A stretch of DNA of 64,000 nt from NCBI GenBank assembly GCA_964252035.1, contig OZ176200.1; one strand, given 5' to 3'. The translations under genes were made by a program, and so were the position numbers. This stretch comes from Podarcis erhardii. Its lineage: Eukaryota. Numbering within the stretch: the stretch's first letter is position 1; every line of letters begins with the position of its first letter. The notes beneath the pieces are model-generated. The model searched no databases. It was given only the letters and a program-made list of their open reading frames with translations, and was not told the DNA's origin. This document shows positions 62,901-64,000 of this stretch, one piece after another.

Positions 62901-63361
62901 TGCCTAAAGATAGTTTGAGATAGTATAGTTGCTTTGGGCTAAGCTGAGCCTAGCAGAACCTGCCTGTGTTTTTAAAAAGTGTAGAAACAGTCACAACAGA
63001 GTGTAGTGTGCTGGAGGCAAAACTCAAAAAAACTCTGCTCAGCTCAGGTAATTATTTTTTGTTATTGCTGTTTGTTTTCCAGATCCAAACCTGGCTTCAT
63101 TTGAATCAGCTGACAGACCAAATTATTTTCTTCATTTAGCTTCCAACAATACCTTGGTTCTCGCCAAGTGGGAAAGAAGTGAACATTTTCAAAACAGATC
63201 GACGTTTGCCATCCACAAAAACACATGGCTTTCAGGATATAGCTCCTTTGAGTCATTTGCAGTGCCAGGAGCCTTCATCCACATTTCTGCTGCTTCTGTG
63301 AATATTGTTAAATATCGCCACTCTGAGGCATTCAGACTTGCTACCCTTTTCAAACTTGTTG
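12258..63361 (+). CDS. OTOG: Otogelin, multi-exon gene span (33 exons here, 4099 coding nt; 3' part lies beyond the window)
   Basis: All introns GT-AG with matching phases and no in-frame stop. Peptides such as [35 protein letters not shown] and [17 protein letters not shown] match remembered human OTOG rather than OTOGL; USH1C adjacency agrees with known synteny. Confidence 0.95.
12527..12590 (+). CDS. OTOG: OTOG predicted exon 2 ([21 protein letters not shown])
   Basis: ctcctcttttgcag acceptor, GAG|gtaagt donor, phase 1 to 2 compatible. Confidence 0.6.
13101..13267. mobile_element. Two Penelope-like end fragments in inverted arrangement
   Basis: 13101-13181 is the reverse complement of an aataaa.ctgttagtttctaaaggt end; 13215-13267 is a forward aaataaa..gtctttaaggtgacacaagactc end. 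Confidence 0.5.
14042..14096 (+). CDS. OTOG: OTOG predicted exon 3 ([19 protein letters not shown])
   Basis: ttgttctttttccgcctag acceptor, CTG|gtaagg donor; phase 2 to 0 links exon 2 to exon 4. Confidence 0.55.
16600..16735. mobile_element. Palindromic hAT-type MITE
   Basis: TIR CAGGCATCCCCAACCT / AGGTTGGGGGTGCCTG extended by ccctccagatgttt..actacaa arms; degenerate 8-bp TSD ACATAGAG/CCGTAGAG. Confidence 0.88.
18614..18701 (+). CDS. OTOG: OTOG exon 4 ([29 protein letters not shown])
   Basis: tgtacag / gtaagc; end resembles remembered human SSWERRLHRAKCAPS. Confidence 0.75.
18735..18828 (+). mobile_element. L2 3' tail fragment with (ATAATG)n tail
   Basis: gccgtccagagtggctgggcaaacccag..gatgggcggggtataaat; same end as 32405-32490, 33339-33432 and 37790-37862. 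Confidence 0.75.
20936..21028 (+). CDS. OTOG: OTOG exon 5, EGF-like ([31 protein letters not shown])
   Basis: ttag / gtgagt; cysteine pattern matches human [26 protein letters not shown]. Confidence 0.93.
21517..21671 (+). CDS. OTOG: OTOG exon 6, start of vWD1 ([32 protein letters not shown]...SFSIQ)
   Basis: catag / gtgaga; typical vWD start C.xWG..H..TFDG. Confidence 0.95.
22091..22321 (+). mobile_element. tRNA-derived SINE with L2-like tail (older copy)
   Basis: A box tggtgtagtgg, B-box-like gttcaaatc, core gtgatcttgggccagtcac, (AATG)n tail. Confidence 0.8.
23045..23315 (+). mobile_element. CR1 3' end fragment
   Basis: gtgatggtcaccaactaggatagctttaaaagggag ... ccactgtgagaaaaggatactggact; same tail family as 35890-36003. 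Confidence 0.65.
23595..23713 (+). CDS. OTOG: OTOG exon 7 ([39 protein letters not shown])
   Basis: ggcag / gtaaat; phase 0 to 2. Confidence 0.93.
24325..24660 (-). mobile_element. Near full-length Sauria SINE with 13-bp TSD
   Basis: Minus strand head gggtggcactgtggtctaaacc..ggttcaaatcc, tail (ACCTTT)n; TGCCTGTTTGATA at 24312-24324 and 24661-24673. Confidence 0.92.
24739..24944 (+). CDS. OTOG: OTOG exon 8 (IQLPYTIG...[20 protein letters not shown])
   Basis: cccag / gtgagt; vWD GLCG motif. Confidence 0.95.
25601..25734 (+). CDS. OTOG: OTOG exon 9 ([13 protein letters not shown]...[12 protein letters not shown])
   Basis: ccctag / gtaggc; phase 1 to 0. Confidence 0.93.
27017..27152. mobile_element. 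Palindromic hAT-type MITE, same family as 16600, opposite orientation
   Basis: CAGGCACCCGCAAACTC / GAGTTTGGGGGTGCCT; central segment is the reverse complement of the 16600 copy. Confidence 0.85.
27426..27532 (+). CDS. OTOG: OTOG exon 10, C8 domain ([35 protein letters not shown])
   Basis: ttcag / gtaagt; C8 cysteine pattern. Confidence 0.93.
28169..28278 (+). CDS. OTOG: OTOG exon 11 ([36 protein letters not shown])
   Basis: ttaag / gtatgc; C8 second half; its 3' part is duplicated at about 28890-28963. Confidence 0.93.
28374..28889 (+). mobile_element. Unclassified LTR-like insert
   Basis: GC-richer block between two copies of a 168-bp duplication; TGTAAC at about 28410, AATAAA at about 28792, ends ...GAATCACA. 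No 4-6 bp TSD seen. Confidence 0.45.
28890..28963 (+). pseudogene. Duplicated 3' part of OTOG exon 11 (pseudo-exon) with intact donor
   Basis: Reads [24 protein letters not shown] then G|gtatgc; 4 substitutions versus 28205-28278; native acceptor absent. Confidence 0.9.
29005..29258 (+). mobile_element. Young tRNA-derived SINE with (CTT)n tail
   Basis: A box tggtgtagtgg, B box ggttcgcgtc, many intact CpGs, (TTC)n tail; interrupts the second copy of the duplication at ctggcaaa/aaaatatt. Confidence 0.9.
29486..29611 (+). CDS. OTOG: OTOG exon 12, TIL domain ([20 protein letters not shown]...GCYCPD)
   Basis: ttcag / gtaatg; TIL cysteine pattern. Confidence 0.95.
29860..30195 (-). mobile_element. 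L2 LINE ORF2 C-terminal fragment
   Basis: Minus frame [35 protein letters not shown], the L2 signature. Confidence 0.85.
30657..30765 (+). CDS. OTOG: OTOG exon 13 ([20 protein letters not shown]...EECNN)
   Basis: tttag / gttagt; phase 1 to 2. Confidence 0.93.
31547..31593 (+). CDS. OTOG: OTOG exon 14 ([15 protein letters not shown])
   Basis: ttcag / gtatgt; 47 nt. Confidence 0.92.
31886..32031 (+). CDS. OTOG: OTOG exon 15, start of vWD2 ([26 protein letters not shown]...RCGQ)
   Basis: tttag / gtaaga. Confidence 0.95.
32405..32967 (-). mobile_element. 5'-truncated L2 LINE (ORF2 end, 3' UTR, (ATT)n tail)
   Basis: Minus frame [24 protein letters not shown]...[10 protein letters not shown]...[11 protein letters not shown]. 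Confidence 0.9.
33339..33432 (-). mobile_element. L2 3' tail fragment with (AAT)n microsatellite
   Basis: (AAT)~11 followed by accccgcccatctggctgggtttccccagccactctgggcggc. Confidence 0.8.
33921..34025 (-). mobile_element. 5'-truncated BovB (RTE) 3' end
   Basis: (TTG)n then tttagtcgtttagtcgtgtccgactcttcgtgaccccatggac, the reverse complement of the BovB 3' end; TSD TCCACATGTTG at 33913-33923 and 34026-34036. Confidence 0.85.
35477..35720. mobile_element. Tigger/pogo-type MITE, CpG-rich
   Basis: TA|CAGTCATACCTCGGGTTGCAA ... TTGCAACCCGAGGTTCCACTG|TG. Confidence 0.85.
35890..36003 (+). mobile_element. CR1-type 3' tail (SINE or LINE end)
   Basis: ggttggccactgtgagaacaggatgctggactagatgg..cctgatccagcaggct.ttcttat. 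Confidence 0.7.
36219..36351 (+). CDS. OTOG: OTOG exon 16 ([17 protein letters not shown]...LPYID)
   Basis: tctag / gtaagt. Confidence 0.93.
36575..36708. mobile_element. Older degenerate copy of the palindromic MITE family
   Basis: cctccagatg..gaacta.aactcc.atcat ... catctggaaggcc arms. Confidence 0.55.
37250..37427 (+). CDS. OTOG: OTOG exon 17 (AFEIRKISS...[16 protein letters not shown])
   Basis: actag / gtatgt; vWD GLCG.FNG motif. Confidence 0.95.
37790..37862 (+). mobile_element. L2 3' tail fragment
   Basis: gcagcccagagtggctggggtaacccagtcagatgggcaggatataaat(aaaat)n. Confidence 0.75.
37999..38123 (+). CDS. OTOG: OTOG exon 18 ([18 protein letters not shown]...DPCDIHLQS)
   Basis: Atypical ggggaaag acceptor / gtaagt; near-identical to remembered human peptide. 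Confidence 0.93.
39027..39239 (+). CDS. OTOG: OTOG exon 19, C8 domain ([10 protein letters not shown]...DFRSYVPEC)
   Basis: aacag / gtaggt. Confidence 0.95.
39820..39974. mobile_element. G-rich hAT-type MITE with 8-bp TSD
   Basis: Imperfect TIR CAGTGGTGGAG / CTCCACTAGTG (9 of 11); CATGCAGT at 39812-39819 and 39975-39982. Confidence 0.8.
40583..40748 (+). CDS. OTOG: OTOG exon 20, TIL domain ([20 protein letters not shown]...DRCVQ)
   Basis: cttag / gtaggt. Confidence 0.93.
41605..41679 (+). CDS. OTOG: OTOG exon 21 ([24 protein letters not shown])
   Basis: tatag / gtaagc. Confidence 0.93.
42088..42244 (+). mobile_element. 5'-truncated Sauria SINE
   Basis: gatgagcgccgcaaccccagagtc..ggtcaggggtccctttacct tail; TSD TTAATAATCAAT / TTAATACTCAAT. 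Confidence 0.88.
42449..42492 (+). CDS. OTOG: OTOG exon 22 ([14 protein letters not shown])
   Basis: ttcag / gtatgt; 44 nt. Confidence 0.9.
42536..42589. mobile_element. Solo left end (54 bp) of the MITE at 42827
   Basis: TA|CAGTGGTGCCTCGCAAGAC...GTTTAGC, 52 of 54 identical to 42827-42880. Confidence 0.85.
42827..43079. mobile_element. Tigger/pogo-type MITE, TA TSD
   Basis: TA|CAGTGGTGCCTCGCAAGAC ... GTCTTGCGGGGCACCACTG|TA with internal cgtcttgcga repeats. Confidence 0.92.
43111..43261 (+). CDS. OTOG: OTOG exon 23 ([13 protein letters not shown]...FSGCMCPQ)
   Basis: tgtag / gtaagt. Confidence 0.93.
44923..44979. repeat. Perfect 19-bp tandem repeat, 3 copies
   Basis: (TAACATAGACAGAATGTAA)x3. 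Confidence 0.95.
47621..47728 (+). CDS. OTOG: OTOG exon 24 ([35 protein letters not shown])
   Basis: tatag / gtgagt. Confidence 0.95.
49620..50125 (-). mobile_element. Non-LTR retrotransposon 3' end with CCHC-like motif (clade unresolved)
   Basis: Minus frame [22 protein letters not shown]...; 3' end ggtctatgaccgtaataaa plus (GATT)-like tail. Confidence 0.6.
50972..51110 (+). CDS. OTOG: OTOG exon 25, start of vWD3 (ICYHGSFEC...[11 protein letters not shown]...YLVK)
   Basis: accag / gtaaga. Confidence 0.95.
51401..51535 (+). CDS. OTOG: OTOG exon 26 ([16 protein letters not shown]...FDDDTGDP)
   Basis: tgcag / gtaagc; phase 0-0. Confidence 0.93.
52130..52550 (+). mobile_element. Degenerate L2 3' fragment
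   Basis: Reads [25 protein letters not shown]; AT-rich aataa tail. Confidence 0.7.
52577..52723 (+). CDS. OTOG: OTOG exon 27 ([20 protein letters not shown]...[16 protein letters not shown])
   Basis: aacag / gtaaga; 147 nt, phase 0-0. Confidence 0.95.
53180..53299 (+). CDS. OTOG: OTOG exon 28 ([23 protein letters not shown]...SSWAAVE)
   Basis: tgtag / gtaaat. Confidence 0.95.
53910..53972. repeat. Compound (CA)n(GA)n microsatellite
   Basis: About 7 CA units then about 24 GA units, about 100 nt upstream of exon 29. Confidence 0.95.
54074..54190 (+). CDS. OTOG: OTOG exon 29 ([25 protein letters not shown]...CHPV)
   Basis: ttcag / gtaagt. Confidence 0.95.
55359..55515 (+). CDS. OTOG: OTOG exon 30, C8 domain ([17 protein letters not shown]...VDWRSLRLC)
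   Basis: ttcag / gtaagt. Confidence 0.95.
56395..56421 (+). CDS. OTOG: OTOG exon 31, 27-nt micro-exon (PYDCEYINK)
   Basis: tttcctttcctttcctttag / gtaagc; matches remembered human PYDCDFFNK; phase 1-1. Confidence 0.9.
58275..58360. repeat. Perfect 41-bp inverted repeat with 4-nt loop
   Basis: ATTATAGG...CTTAGGT (58275-58315), loop ATTG, exact reverse complement at 58320-58360; checked base by base. Confidence 0.97.
58357..58476. repeat. Tandem direct duplication (two identical 50-bp copies plus a 17-bp partial copy)
   Basis: 58374-58423 equals 58427-58476; partial TAATATTAGGGGTCCAC at 58357-58373. Confidence 0.95.
59282..59449 (+). CDS. OTOG: OTOG exon 32, AbfB-like start ([11 protein letters not shown]...GLYKPKAH)
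   Basis: gacag / gtaaac. Confidence 0.92.
59529..59770. mobile_element. Tigger/pogo-type MITE, TA TSD (inverted relative to 9224 copy)
   Basis: TA|CAGTGGTACCTCAGGTTA ... TAACTCGAGCTACCACTG|TA; 80 nt downstream of the exon 32 donor. Confidence 0.9.
63083..63361 (+). CDS. OTOG: OTOG exon 33, AbfB-like domain ([17 protein letters not shown]...TLFKLV)
   Basis: tccag / gtaagt; SFES...P..FL.H repeats typical of the AbfB beta-trefoil in otogelins. Confidence 0.95.
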
Positions 63362-64000
63362 GTAAGTACTTGAATATGAATTGTGGTGGCTACATTTTCA
63401 AACTTGATTTTGGCATCCCTTGTATGATATCATCTTTTATCATGATAGGAGTTCTCATAAATGCCCGATTAATTTCAAACACAGCATCCTGGTGCTGAAT
63501 TGCTTGTGAGTGTGATATTTCTGTAGTTTAAACTTGTTCCTTTAGTTTTACCAGGTTCAGAATATAACTTCATCCAGCTAGGAATATAATGTTCAACTTT
63601 ATTACAAATCAAGCGCCATTCCCTTCCTCTTTTCTTCTCTAGCTTGAAATGTAAAATGAGATCATGTACACGCAGACCAGAAGTTCACAACCAGCTGTTT
63701 TGTAGGCACATGCACTGAAATTCTTTAGTGTTAACCCATTACTCTCACTGAAACTCTTATTTGTTGGTCTGAACTACATAATCAGGTCAGATAAGCTGCT
63801 TTTTGTTTACTGACTATATATTCTCTATTTGGGTTAGTTCTCTTAATTACCTCTTGAGTATGTGGTCGTTGTCATCTGTCTCAACCTAAAACCCACTATT
63901 TTTCCTGAGTGTGCTTCTTTTGGAAGAATTCTTTTGGCAGTTTAATTTCCAATTGTTAACTGTGCACCATGAAACCCTTGTAATGGCAAATGTCCAAAAT

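Noticed and set aside
12258-63361. OTOGL, a mucin or VWF as the identity of the plus-strand gene
   Set aside because: Peptides match remembered OTOG closely, the AbfB-like domain excludes VWF and mucins, and USH1C adjacency fits OTOG.

Overview
Vertebrate intron-rich genomic DNA, most likely from a lacertid lizard (inferred from Sauria SINEs with (ACCTTT)n tails, a BovB end with a (CAA)n tail and squamate-type MITEs). Two inner-ear genes lie head to head. USH1C (harmonin) coding exons 1-2 are on the minus strand (ATG at 6227). OTOG (otogelin) is on the plus strand: I assembled 33 GT-AG exons from 12258 to 63361 with consistent phases (4099 nt, about 1366 codons, no stop), covering a signal peptide, an EGF-like region, three vWD/C8/TIL units and an AbfB-like domain. 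The gene continues past the window. Exons 1-3 are predicted from splice signals and phase only. Most ORFs in the six-frame track are chance ORFs or partial exon overlaps. Introns carry L2, CR1, L1-like, BovB and Penelope-like remnants, SINEs and hAT/Tigger MITEs, several with clear TSDs. I found no new multi-gene system. The most unusual structures are: (1) a ~168 bp duplication including the 3' part of OTOG exon 11 and its donor, bracketing an LTR-like insert; (2) a perfect 41-bp inverted repeat fused to a 50-bp tandem duplication in intron 31; (3) a composite MITE arrangement next to a splice acceptor. Gene identities rest on remembered human protein sequences; no database search was run.
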